Assembly (NCBI GenBank): GCA_045651805.1
Contig: JAZRTB010000077.1
Location: forward strand, 2,855 to 66,854
Length of the DNA stretch: 64,000 nucleotides
Source: Clostridia bacterium
GTDB taxonomy: Bacteria; Bacillota; Clostridia; UMGS1883
Direction: 5' to 3'
The position numbers were made by a program, and so were the translations under genes. The notes below the pieces were generated by a model. It had not been told where the DNA came from. It saw only the letters and a list, made by a program, of their open reading frames with translations, and did not search any database. Shown piece by piece: positions 38,994-48,171 of this stretch (the first letter of the stretch is position 1; each line of letters begins with the position of its first letter).

Positions 38994-40010
38994 ATGAAAA
39001 AACTTAAATGGGGTATAATCGGTTGTGGCGGTATTGCCGACAGAAGAACAATTCCCGGTATGGTGCTTGCCAAAAATGCCGAATGTTACGCCGTTATGGA
39101 TATAAATGCCGAAGTTGCAGAAACTGTTAAAAATAAATATGGTGCATCCTTTGCAACAGATAGTGTTGATGAACTTCTCAATCAGGATATTGATGCAGTA
39201 TATATTGCAACACCTGTTTTCTGTCATAAGGAGCAGGTTTTCAAGGCTGCAGATAAAGGTAAACACATTCTGCTTGAAAAACCTATGGGTATAACAAGTG
39301 ATGAAGCACGTGAAATAGAAGAATATTGTGAAAATAAAAATGTTCTTCTCGGTGTAGGATTTATGATGCGTTTTCATGATGCTCACAGAGTTATTAAAGA
39401 ATATATAGAAAAAGGTGCTATAGGTGAGGTTGTCTCCGCTTATGCTAAATTTAATTGCTGGTCACCTGTTTCACCTGTGAAGTGGCGTCAGACAAAGGCT
39501 TTCAGCGGTGGCGGTACGATGATGGATATGGGTATCCACTGTATAGACCTTTTGCAATATCTTACCGGGCTCAAAACAGAAGAAGTTACAGGTATGTGTG
39601 GGAATCAGATTTTTGAATATCCCGACACGGAGGATGCCGCAAGTGCAGTTCTTCGTGTGAATAACGGGGCATTGTTTACAGTTGAAGCCAATTTTAATAT
39701 TCCGGATGCAATTGGTGGCTGTAAATTTGAAATCTACGGTACAAAGGGCGTTATATCGGCTGACGGCACAATCGGTCAGGTTGAAAAAGGTAGTGTAAAG
39801 CTTACTGCCATTACAGAAGAAGGCGCAGTTTCAATAAAGCCTCTTGAATATGTCGGCGGTAATATGTATACAAAGGAAATACAGAAATTTTCCGATGCGG
39901 TTATAAACAAAACCATAGCTCCTGTAACTGCGGCTGAAGCTATTCTTAATCAGAGAATTGTAGAAGCAGTTTACGAAAGTCAGGAAAGCGGAAAACGTGT
40001 TGCCTTGTAA
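38994..40010 (+). CDS. Gfo/Idh/MocA family oxidoreductase
   Basis: WGIIGCGGIA, LEKP, GGGTMMDMGIH. Confidence 0.95.
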   Translation: MKKLKWGIIGCGGIADRRTIPGMVLAKNAECYAVMDINAEVAETVKNKYGASFATDSVDELLNQDIDAVYIATPVFCHKEQVFKAADKGKHILLEKPMGITSDEAREIEEYCENKNVLLGVGFMMRFHDAHRVIKEYIEKGAIGEVVSAYAKFNCWSPVSPVKWRQTKAFSGGGTMMDMGIHCIDLLQYLTGLKTEEVTGMCGNQIFEYPDTEDAASAVLRVNNGALFTVEANFNIPDAIGGCKFEIYGTKGVISADGTIGQVEKGSVKLTAITEEGAVSIKPLEYVGGNMYTKEIQKFSDAVINKTIAPVTAAEAILNQRIVEAVYESQESGKRVAL

Positions 40011-40042
40011 GTTAATTACTTTGAAAACTTGCTGTAAATGCC

Positions 40043-40124
40043 AAGAAATTTTCCTTTTTAAAAAGCAAATGTCCAGTAAAATAAAGAAATATGCATATAC
40101 AAGTACAGTAAAATCCGTTATAAT
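40043..40124 (+). promoter_or_regulatory. Activator-type promoter with three motif-A boxes
   Basis: AAGAAATTTTCC (40043), AAGCAAATGTCC (40063), AAGAAATATGCA (40084) abutting TATACA-17-TATAAT. Confidence 0.65.
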
Positions 40125-40165
40125 AGCATTGTAATAAAGAAAATAAAAGGAGGAAAATCAATACT

Positions 40166-43100
40166 ATGAATAAAGTATGCAAACTGCGTAAAAGAGCATA
40201 TCTTTTCAAAATGATATTAGTTCTTTTGCTAAGCTTTTCGATGCTTGTTTCTGTTTCGATTGCTGTAATGGCAGAGACAGAAAAAGAATCAGAATCAGCT
40301 TATAAGCTCGATTACGTACTAAACCAAACAACCTTTGGCGGTGCAGATAATTATGATATGAATAACACCGCGACAAATGCGATTTATACAGTTGCAGGAA
40401 GCGGTGCAGACGCGATAAGTGACCTTAACTATGAGGTGGGCTTTAAAATCAAGCTTTCTAACCCCGGAAAAGCTAGTACAGTTCAGATACAGCTTATGGG
40501 TAGCACCACTTCTGTTAACGTGCTTAACAATGTGAAATTTATCGCCTATGACAAGCACGGTTATGACTATCGTCTTCTTCGCAGCAGTACCTTACTTGCT
40601 GACAGAAATGACGGTCTTATTACAGATGGTGAAACCTGGAATGACATCCGCTTTGTAATCCGCGAAACTCCTTCCGACGATGATCCTGCTACAACTACCG
40701 ATGATACCGTTACTTATGATGTTTACATAAACGGAAATCTTGTTTCCACCCAGTCAAACATAGCTGTTAACGGTCTTAACGGCGAACAAAGTGAGAAAAG
40801 AAACCCCTATCAGTTAAGATTCAAACACGATGCTAATGCGGGCAATTCTATTTTGATTGACGATGTTTATATTGCAAAATATGTGCCTTATGAACCACTG
40901 ACTACAACAAAGCTCGTATATACAATGGACAGCAAAACCTTCAGCGGTGAAGACAGTTATGACCTGAACAATACTGCCACCGGTGGAATCTATGAGGTTT
41001 CTACCAAAAGTGCAAATGCCATAGCCGACAACGATTATGAGGCTGGCTTTAAAATTAAGCTTTCTAATCCGGGAAAAGCAAGCACAATTCAGATACAGCT
41101 TACAGGAAGTGCTTCGGCTAATATTCTTAATAATGTGAAGTTTGTGTCATACGACAAGCACGATTATGACTATCGTCTTCTTCGCAGCAGTACACTACTT
41201 GCTGACAGAGATGACGGTCTTATTACAGATGGTGAAACCTGGAATGACATCCGCTTTGTAATCCGTGAAACTCCTTCTGACGGAGATACTGCTACTACTA
41301 CTGATGATACCGTGACTTATGATATTTACATAAACGGAAATCTTGTTTCCACCCAGACGAACATAACAGCTAACGGTCTTAATGGCACCCAGGCATCTAC
41401 AAGAAACCCATACAAATGGAAATTCAAGCACGATGCTAATGCGGGCAACTCCATTTTAATTGACGATGTATGGATTGGAAAATATGCACCGTCAGGCATC
41501 GGCTGGGAGTTTGACGATGCAGTTGAATTAAGAAGCTACTGGTCTTCTGCTTCTGCAAATTACAGCGTTGAAAACAGCACACTTACATATTCTGCACCTG
41601 CAGAAATTGAGGATAACGCCCTTATTTACACTCCTTCAGAGGCAATAGACAATAGCGTTTACACAGGCTTAAAGGTGAGAATGAAACATAGTGCCGAAAA
41701 TCCCGGAACTATGAAGCTCTACCTTTCAGGTAATGCAGAGAATGCATTCGACTACACAACAGGCGTTGTAGAAGCTACACTTCAGGGTGCAGGCAATGAT
41801 TTCGTCGAGTATGTGTTCCCCCTGAACGAAACCTTGGGCGAAATGAATATTTCAGCGGCTTCAATTTCAAGCTTCAAGCTTGTACCGATGGATGCACTCG
41901 GTAGCTTTTCAATAGATTCAATCTGGATTGTTGATAATATTAATATGCCTCTCGACAAGAACAAAATGAGTCTTAACTACAACTTTGACGATAACGATGT
42001 AGCAACGGCAATGGGTACAATTTCTCTTGACTTCGGCGGACAGAGAAGCTCAAATGCAAGTAACGTTGACCTTTATTGGGGAAGCTCAACTGCAGATGAC
42101 GGATATCAGCCCCTTGCCGATTATACCCGTATAATAAGCCTTACAGGTCAGGCGGCAGAAAAAGGCTATGCCATAACAAAGAATATGATTATTCCCGAGG
42201 TGGCAGAGGTGCTTATTGCCCGTGTTACCGATATGGAAAAGACATTTGATGTCGTGTATGAAATCCCCGCAGAAAAGCGTCTTGAAGCGAAAGAGCCGAG
42301 TATGATAATGGCTATCACATCGGACTTCCACTTCGGTGACCCCTCTTATCAGACACATAAACCGTCGGATAAGATGCTCAAAGCACGTGACCTTATCGAC
42401 GAGCACGCCGATGTAATTCTTGTGGGCGGTGATACGGCGGACACATTCGGCGGTCGTTCCTGGTTTACGGTGCGTGGTATGAATGGTCTTGGCAGTTACG
42501 GCTACCGTATAGACCCTGCCACAGAGGAGGACGACGAGGTAACACTTGTTTACTACAAGACAGAAGTAGTGACCGATGAAAACGGCGAAAGCAAAAAAGT
42601 TCTTACAGATGAACCTACCGGCAGAGTAGAAACGGTAAAAAATACTGATGCCTACGATATGGCGTATGACTATTTCATAGGCTTCGACACTCCCGTATAT
42701 CTTGCAGAGGGTAACCACGAATCTCCCGAGGCGGCATATCTTGACTACATTGGCGTTTCTCCCCAGAGAAACAAGCGCCTTATGTCAAGATTCATTGATT
42801 GGAGTGTTGCCAACGGAAAATACCCCGACCCCATAGACAAAAAGGTAGAGCTTTTTGAAAACTGGTACGAGGACAGCATCAATTATGATGATTTTATAAC
42901 AGATTCCGAGGGTAACGAATATCACGTGATATTCCTTCGTAATTTCGGTTCGGAAAGACCTGTGAAGTGGCTTACCGACGAGGAACTTGACTGGCTTGAT
43001 AAGAAGCTTTATGAAAATGAATCTACAGGTAAACCCATCTTCATTATGTCACATCTTATGCCCGTAAGATACAAGGCAGGTAAGGTAGAGTCCTACGGTT

Positions 43101-44683
43101 ATTACGGACTTAATTTCCCAGCGTTTGAGAAAATCATCAACAAGCATCCCTCTGTTGTGGTGCTTTCGGGACATACTCATCAGTCATACGACCAGGATAA
43201 GCAGTCCTACTATGACGGAAAAGAGGAAGAACCGTCATTTATCTCCATCCCCGCAATGAAACATTCATGGGTTGAAGGCTCAGAACTTGACGCGGCTTAT
43301 GCAATGCTTGCGTATGCGGAAATGTATGACGACAGAATTATCGCAAGAGGTTTTGAAACGGCGACTGAAAAGAATGTTTCACGCGGTGTGGGACAGATTA
43401 CACGTAAGGCAATGCCTGTAGCTATGGGCAGTATTTCAGTTTCCCGTGTGGAAAATACTGACGGCACATTTACTCTTACCGCAACCTGTGACGATGCGAA
43501 TGCAACTTATGAATGGATTCTTGCAGGCAATTCACAGGCAGGTAGCACCGTAACTCTTGAGGCAAATTTTGAAGGTTATATTGCCGTACGTGCAACAGAC
43601 GCAAACGGTAACTATATCTCCGACTCATTCGACGGTCTTTATGATGAAGAACTTATCGGTGCACAGGAGAAAACTTATGTTGCAATCGCAGGTCAGAAAA
43701 CCGCCTTTAATCATTTGACTACTGCGGATGGCGAAGATGCTGTCTGGGCAAATGGAATCGGAGGCAAGAATGTCCTCGATGAATCGGCACAGCTTGATTC
43801 GCAGAACGCATACTATCAGCTTGAAAATGTATGGACAAAGCAGGGCGAGGACTCACAGTATCTTACTATGAACTTTGATGTGATGCCGATGAATGAAAAT
43901 TCAAAGGAATTCTATGTTGCATCAGGCGATACAAAGCTTTCAGCAGATGTAAGTGATGCGCTTAAGCTTAATCAGTGGAATAATATTTCCGTTGTGTCTA
44001 GCATCGCAGAAGATGAGGTCAGGACATATGTAAACGGCGAACTCTATGCCGTAGTGACTGCAAATCTTTCCGAGGGAAGCACACTTCGATTTGGTATTGA
44101 TTCTGCGGACGACGTAGAAGGCTATATTAACAATCTTGTAGTTTACGAAACTGAAAATGCACCCGTCATTGCAAAACGTATTGAAAAGAGCTTTGCCGAG
44201 CAGAGTGGTAATACTCTTTACTCTGCAGAGAAGAAAACTCTTTATATACAGGAGGGAACACTCTGCTCTGATATTGCAAAACAGATGGATTGCGTGGTTG
44301 TTTCAACAGACGGTAGCAACAAGACAAGTGACAGCGTTGTTAATAACGGTGACTATGCAATATATTACGATGCTAATTCCGGACAGTATGTTTACTACGA
44401 TATGGTAATTTACAAAGACTATGACAGACTTCAGATTGGCGGAAGTATCGCAAATGACGATATAGTTCTTTATGTAAATGCCAAAACTGCTGATGATATG
44501 ATTGTTATAGCGTATTATGACAGTAAGCAAAACTTTGTCGGATGCGAAATCGTAACCGCAGAGAATATCGGACTGAACAAGCTTTCACTTAATGTTGCAG
44601 AAAATGCACAAAGTGCAAAGGTTATGGTCTGGAGAGGTACAGACAGTCTGTCTCCGCTTTCAGAAAAATTAAATATAGAATAA
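40166..44683 (+). CDS. Large secreted metallophosphoesterase with tandem ConA-like repeats, CBM-like domains and C-terminal shared module
   Basis: Signal peptide; two 201-aa repeats; SDFH, GGDTAD, GNHE, SH, GHTH motifs. Confidence 0.85.
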   Translation: MNKVCKLRKRAYLFKMILVLLLSFSMLVSVSIAVMAETEKESESAYKLDYVLNQTTFGGADNYDMNNTATNAIYTVAGSGADAISDLNYEVGFKIKLSNPGKASTVQIQLMGSTTSVNVLNNVKFIAYDKHGYDYRLLRSSTLLADRNDGLITDGETWNDIRFVIRETPSDDDPATTTDDTVTYDVYINGNLVSTQSNIAVNGLNGEQSEKRNPYQLRFKHDANAGNSILIDDVYIAKYVPYEPLTTTKLVYTMDSKTFSGEDSYDLNNTATGGIYEVSTKSANAIADNDYEAGFKIKLSNPGKASTIQIQLTGSASANILNNVKFVSYDKHDYDYRLLRSSTLLADRDDGLITDGETWNDIRFVIRETPSDGDTATTTDDTVTYDIYINGNLVSTQTNITANGLNGTQASTRNPYKWKFKHDANAGNSILIDDVWIGKYAPSGIGWEFDDAVELRSYWSSASANYSVENSTLTYSAPAEIEDNALIYTPSEAIDNSVYTGLKVRMKHSAENPGTMKLYLSGNAENAFDYTTGVVEATLQGAGNDFVEYVFPLNETLGEMNISAASISSFKLVPMDALGSFSIDSIWIVDNINMPLDKNKMSLNYNFDDNDVATAMGTISLDFGGQRSSNASNVDLYWGSSTADDGYQPLADYTRIISLTGQAAEKGYAITKNMIIPEVAEVLIARVTDMEKTFDVVYEIPAEKRLEAKEPSMIMAITSDFHFGDPSYQTHKPSDKMLKARDLIDEHADVILVGGDTADTFGGRSWFTVRGMNGLGSYGYRIDPATEEDDEVTLVYYKTEVVTDENGESKKVLTDEPTGRVETVKNTDAYDMAYDYFIGFDTPVYLAEGNHESPEAAYLDYIGVSPQRNKRLMSRFIDWSVANGKYPDPIDKKVELFENWYEDSINYDDFITDSEGNEYHVIFLRNFGSERPVKWLTDEELDWLDKKLYENESTGKPIFIMSHLMPVRYKAGKVESYGYYGLNFPAFEKIINKHPSVVVLSGHTHQSYDQDKQSYYDGKEEEPSFISIPAMKHSWVEGSELDAAYAMLAYAEMYDDRIIARGFETATEKNVSRGVGQITRKAMPVAMGSISVSRVENTDGTFTLTATCDDANATYEWILAGNSQAGSTVTLEANFEGYIAVRATDANGNYISDSFDGLYDEELIGAQEKTYVAIAGQKTAFNHLTTADGEDAVWANGIGGKNVLDESAQLDSQNAYYQLENVWTKQGEDSQYLTMNFDVMPMNENSKEFYVASGDTKLSADVSDALKLNQWNNISVVSSIAEDEVRTYVNGELYAVVTANLSEGSTLRFGIDSADDVEGYINNLVVYETENAPVIAKRIEKSFAEQSGNTLYSAEKKTLYIQEGTLCSDIAKQMDCVVVSTDGSNKTSDSVVNNGDYAIYYDANSGQYVYYDMVIYKDYDRLQIGGSIANDDIVLYVNAKTADDMIVIAYYDSKQNFVGCEIVTAENIGLNKLSLNVAENAQSAKVMVWRGTDSLSPLSEKLNIE
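40301..41485 (+). repeat. Intragenic tandem duplication, period about 603 nt
   Basis: GACTATCGTCTTCTTCGCAGCAGTAC at 40565 and 41168; shared protein string DYRLLRSSTLLADR.DGLITDGETWNDIRFVIRETPSD. Confidence 0.92.
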
Positions 44684-44693
44684 AAAAATTCCG

Positions 44694-44725
44694 AAGATGG
44701 TGCTATACACATAGCACCATCTTTT
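44694..44725 (+). terminator. Intrinsic terminator of the 1505-aa gene
   Basis: AAGATGGTGCTAT-acac-ATAGCACCATCTTTT. Confidence 0.8.
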
Positions 44726-44749
44726 CTATATAATACGTAAGTTTGTTGG

Positions 44750-44798
44750 ATTAACAGAAGAAGGGCGTTGAGTAAACGCCCTTCTTCTGTTAATTTTT
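44750..44798. terminator. Second long hairpin between convergent genes (likely also ends cotJ transcripts)
   Basis: 20-bp perfect stem ATTAACAGAAGAAGGGCGTT / AACGCCCTTCTTCTGTTAAT. Confidence 0.75.
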
Positions 44799-44809
44799 GT
44801 AATATAACA

Positions 44810-45379
44810 TTAGTAATACTTTTTATCTGACATATCCTGAACACTGCGAAGTGCTTCACCGAATCTCTGATAGTGAACAACTTCTCTTTCACGAAGGAAT
44901 TTGATCGGTTCAATGACGTCGGGATCGTCTGCAAGCTTAAGAATATTGTCGTAAGTTGCACGAGCCTTCTGCTCTGCTGCAAGATCCTCGGTAAGGTCCG
45001 CTATAACATCAGCCTTTGACTGAATATATGCCGCAGTCCAGGGCACACCTGCAGCTGAGGCAGGATAAATAGCCGTATTATGGTCTACAAAATATTTGTC
45101 AAAACCTGACGCCTTAATCTCTTCAGGCGAGAGGTTTCTTGTAAGTTGATACACTATCGTACCAATCATCTCAAGATGGGCAAGTTCTTCAGTCCCAATG
45201 TCGTTAAGTGTTGACTTTGTAATTTCGTTAGGCATTGAAAATCTCTGGCTGAGATAGCGGAGTGACGCTCCAAGTTCGCCGTCAGGTCCGCCGTATTGTG
45301 ACATAATAATCTGTGCCATTTTAGGGTTAGGGTTTTTGATTTTTATAGGGAACTGTAATTTCTTTTCATAAATCCACAT
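44810..45379 (-). CDS. cotJC: Spore coat protein CotJC (manganese catalase family)
   Basis: MWIYEKKLQFP, QYGGPDGE, DIGTEELAHLEM, EQKARATY, FLREREVVHYQRFGEAL. Confidence 0.97.
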   Translation of the reverse strand: MWIYEKKLQFPIKIKNPNPKMAQIIMSQYGGPDGELGASLRYLSQRFSMPNEITKSTLNDIGTEELAHLEMIGTIVYQLTRNLSPEEIKASGFDKYFVDHNTAIYPASAAGVPWTAAYIQSKADVIADLTEDLAAEQKARATYDNILKLADDPDVIEPIKFLREREVVHYQRFGEALRSVQDMSDKKYY

Positions 45380-45382
45380 AGT

Positions 45383-45646
45383 TTAACTCCTTTCAATTTC
45401 CCATGTCCACGGGTTTCTTGACCATTGCCACGGAAGTTTTGCCGGAGTAGCTGCGGCTGTTAAAGGTCCGTATAATTTTTCATATTCATTTCTTAATTCT
45501 TTAGCTTTCTGAATTGCTTCTGTATAGAGAGCAAGTGCTCTTGCACAGTTCGGATGTGTGTTCATATAAAGCTGAATATCAAGTGCAAAAAAGTCTGCTT
45601 CCTGAACTTTCAGAAGAAGCTCTTTACGGGAAGAATGGTTTGTCAT
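45383..45646 (-). CDS. cotJB: Spore coat protein CotJB
   Basis: LYMNTHP, YEKLYGPL, WQWSRNPWTWE; between cotJA and cotJC. Confidence 0.93.
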   Translation of the reverse strand: MTNHSSRKELLLKVQEADFFALDIQLYMNTHPNCARALALYTEAIQKAKELRNEYEKLYGPLTAAATPAKLPWQWSRNPWTWEIERS

Positions 45647-45870
45647 AACTTTATTGCACCTGCCTTTTTGTTAAATTCTTTTCCGTAAACTTCCATAGGC
45701 TTATTGAGCTTTGGAAATACGGTACCATATTTTAAAGAACGCTCCATATCATAAGGCGTTTCAAAGCTCTGATAAGGAACATAAGCATAAGCAAGAGGTA
45801 AATCATCCGGACAATCACAGGATGACTTCATTGAGGTCGGCATAAATTCGATATCAAGTAAATCTTTCAT
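45643..45870 (-). CDS. cotJA: Spore coat protein CotJA
   Basis: LAYAYVPYQ...GTVFPKL; RBS GAAAGGA favours ATG at 45870. Confidence 0.9.
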   Translation of the reverse strand: MKDLLDIEFMPTSMKSSCDCPDDLPLAYAYVPYQSFETPYDMERSLKYGTVFPKLNKPMEVYGKEFNKKAGAIKL

Positions 45871-45984
45871 AACTTTTGTCCTTTCATTTAGTGTAGAGGG
45901 GAGAACCCCCGTTAATATACTATTCTTTTTGTCGTTTTTTTGTGAATTTGTTAGTACAAAGCACAAAAATGTTAATATTTCTTA

Positions 45985-46014
45985 TTGCAAATGCTTTACT
46001 GAATATAGTATAAT
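45985..46014 (+). promoter_or_regulatory. sigmaA promoter
   Basis: TTGCAA-18 bp-TATAAT upstream of 46054. Confidence 0.65.
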
Positions 46015-46053
46015 CGTACTGTGTGAGAATATATAAATCAAAGGAGTATTACT

Positions 46054-48168
46054 ATGAGACAGATTGAAAAAAACTATGAATTCAGGAAAAAGCTTCTTGA
46101 ATTTCATTCTAAAGATATTAGAAATAATACTCTCAAAGCAAATGAAAATGAATTTGTTTTTGAAGACATTGCGGTAATATATATTCAGAACTCTACGGAT
46201 GTTATATTAACTGCAGCTAAAGACTTTGCGGACTATCTCTATATATCTATGAATGTTTCCGCAGTAATAAGTGAAAAAGAGTCCTTCAAGGAAAACTGTG
46301 CCGTAAGTCTTCGCCTTAAATATGAAGGAGAAAACCTTGAAGATGCTGAAGGTTATATGGGCTTTTCAATAACTGTGAATGCAGATAAAATTGATATTGT
46401 TGCATTTGACGAGCGCGGTGCAGCTCAGGCTCTTTATTATCTTGAAGATGTAATGAATATCCGCAAGGCTCCCTTTGTTACTCTGGGGAATGTTAAGAGA
46501 AAAGCTCTTTTTTCTCCCAGAATGATTCATTCCGGCTATGGTATAGACGAGTTTCCGGATGCACACCTTTCCCAGATTGCACACGCAGGTATGGATGCAA
46601 TACTTGTGTTTGTGAAAGGCGTAAATAAGACGACACGCGGTTTCCTTGATTTTAATGAGCTTATATGGCGTGCTGCAAAGTATGGTATCGACGTTTATGC
46701 CTATAGCTATTATAAAAGTGAAAAGCACCCTGATGAGCCTGATGCTGAAGAATTTTACGAGGGTACATATGGTAATCTCTTTAAAAATTGCCCTAAACTT
46801 AAGGGCGTAATTCTTGTTGGTGAATCTGTAGAGTTCCCGAGTAAAGACCCACATACAACAGGAAAAATCGGTCCTGCAAAAAGTACGGAGATTTCAACAG
46901 GAAAGCTTCGTCCGGGTTGGTATCCTTGTTTTGATTATCCGCAATGGCTCAATCTTGTAAAAGGTATTATAAGAAAATATAACCCTGATGCGGATATAGT
47001 TTTGTGGTCATATAACTGGGCAAGACAGGAAGAAAGTGCAAGAATTTCCCTTATCGACAATCTTCCTACAGATATTTCTCTACTCGCTACTTTTTCGCGT
47101 CCTGATATAGTTGAGTTCGAGGGGGTTAAATCGCTTCTTGCAGACTATACACTTTCATATGAAGGTCCAAGTAAATACTTCCTTTCCGAGGCAAAAGCAG
47201 CGAAAAGACGTGGCATACGCCTTTATGCAATGGCAAACACGGGTGGTCTTACATGGGACTTCGGAGTGATTCCTTATGAACCGTTCCCATACCAGTGGGA
47301 GAGAAGATATAAAGCTCTTATTGACTGTAATGAAAAATACGGTCTTTGCGGTCTTATGGAGTCACATCACTTTGGATTTTATCCATCATTTGTGAGTGAG
47401 TTTGCAAAGCAATATTACTTTACACACGAAGATGATGTTTCACTTATTCCGGTTCTTGCAAAGCGCTACGGTGCTGAAAATGCAGAAAAAATTGACGAAG
47501 CACTTCGTTATTGGAGCGATGCTATCCGTGAATATCAGGTTGAAGGAATGGATCAGTATGGTCCGTTCAGAATTGGTCCTGCATATCCTATATGCTTTAT
47601 GAGGAAGCTTACTCCGCCGGAGGCTGATTACGCTCATTTTGGTACAAGAATTCTTTCTACAGGCTATGATGATATATTTATTGATTCGTGGCCCAGCGAT
47701 ATAAGTACGCCGCAACTCAGACTTCTTTCTTCTGTAAAACAATGTGAAAAGATGGATAAACTCATGGTTGCAGGGTTACAAATACTTGAAGCTATCGAGA
47801 AGCCTAACGATGAATTGCAGGAACTTATTGATCTTGGTAATTTTATTAAGTGCAATATCAGAACTGCACGTAGTGTTAAGTCGTTTAACTTGACACGTGC
47901 AAAAATGAATTTGTGTACTGAAAATAAAGAAATTATCGCTTGTCTTGATGAAATGGAAAATATCTGCCGCGCAGAAATAGAGAATGCGAAAGAGGCTATT
48001 GCGTATGTGCAGAAAAATTCAAGACTTGGATGGGAGCCAAGTATGGAATATCTTGGTGATGAAGCACATATCCGATGGAAAATTGCCCAGGTTGAATCCG
48101 TAATCAATGTAGAAATTGCATCATTCAGACACAATGCCAAGTTTAATCCCGATAAATTTGAGGTATAA
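46054..48168 (+). CDS. Unclassified glycoside-hydrolase-like protein (GH20b/GH67-type N-domain, probable TIM barrel, helical C-terminus)
   Basis: AAKDFADYL...DERGAAQALYYLED...FSPRMIH; A.KYGIDVY; LVGESVEF; no signal peptide. Confidence 0.6.
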   Translation: MRQIEKNYEFRKKLLEFHSKDIRNNTLKANENEFVFEDIAVIYIQNSTDVILTAAKDFADYLYISMNVSAVISEKESFKENCAVSLRLKYEGENLEDAEGYMGFSITVNADKIDIVAFDERGAAQALYYLEDVMNIRKAPFVTLGNVKRKALFSPRMIHSGYGIDEFPDAHLSQIAHAGMDAILVFVKGVNKTTRGFLDFNELIWRAAKYGIDVYAYSYYKSEKHPDEPDAEEFYEGTYGNLFKNCPKLKGVILVGESVEFPSKDPHTTGKIGPAKSTEISTGKLRPGWYPCFDYPQWLNLVKGIIRKYNPDADIVLWSYNWARQEESARISLIDNLPTDISLLATFSRPDIVEFEGVKSLLADYTLSYEGPSKYFLSEAKAAKRRGIRLYAMANTGGLTWDFGVIPYEPFPYQWERRYKALIDCNEKYGLCGLMESHHFGFYPSFVSEFAKQYYFTHEDDVSLIPVLAKRYGAENAEKIDEALRYWSDAIREYQVEGMDQYGPFRIGPAYPICFMRKLTPPEADYAHFGTRILSTGYDDIFIDSWPSDISTPQLRLLSSVKQCEKMDKLMVAGLQILEAIEKPNDELQELIDLGNFIKCNIRTARSVKSFNLTRAKMNLCTENKEIIACLDEMENICRAEIENAKEAIAYVQKNSRLGWEPSMEYLGDEAHIRWKIAQVESVINVEIASFRHNAKFNPDKFEV

Positions 48169-48171
48169 ATT

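Noticed and set aside
4039-45966. Longest-ORF starts at 4039, 5998, 7287, 15523, 15688, 22727, 24178, 26585, 36785 and 45966
   Set aside because: Downstream ATGs have well-spaced Shine-Dalgarno sites and, for the secreted proteins, restore N-terminal signal peptides.
44694-45990. cotJABC as a mobile insertion into the glycan region
   Set aside because: No transposase, integrase, terminal repeats or target duplication; more likely a core sporulation locus flanked by accreted catabolic genes.
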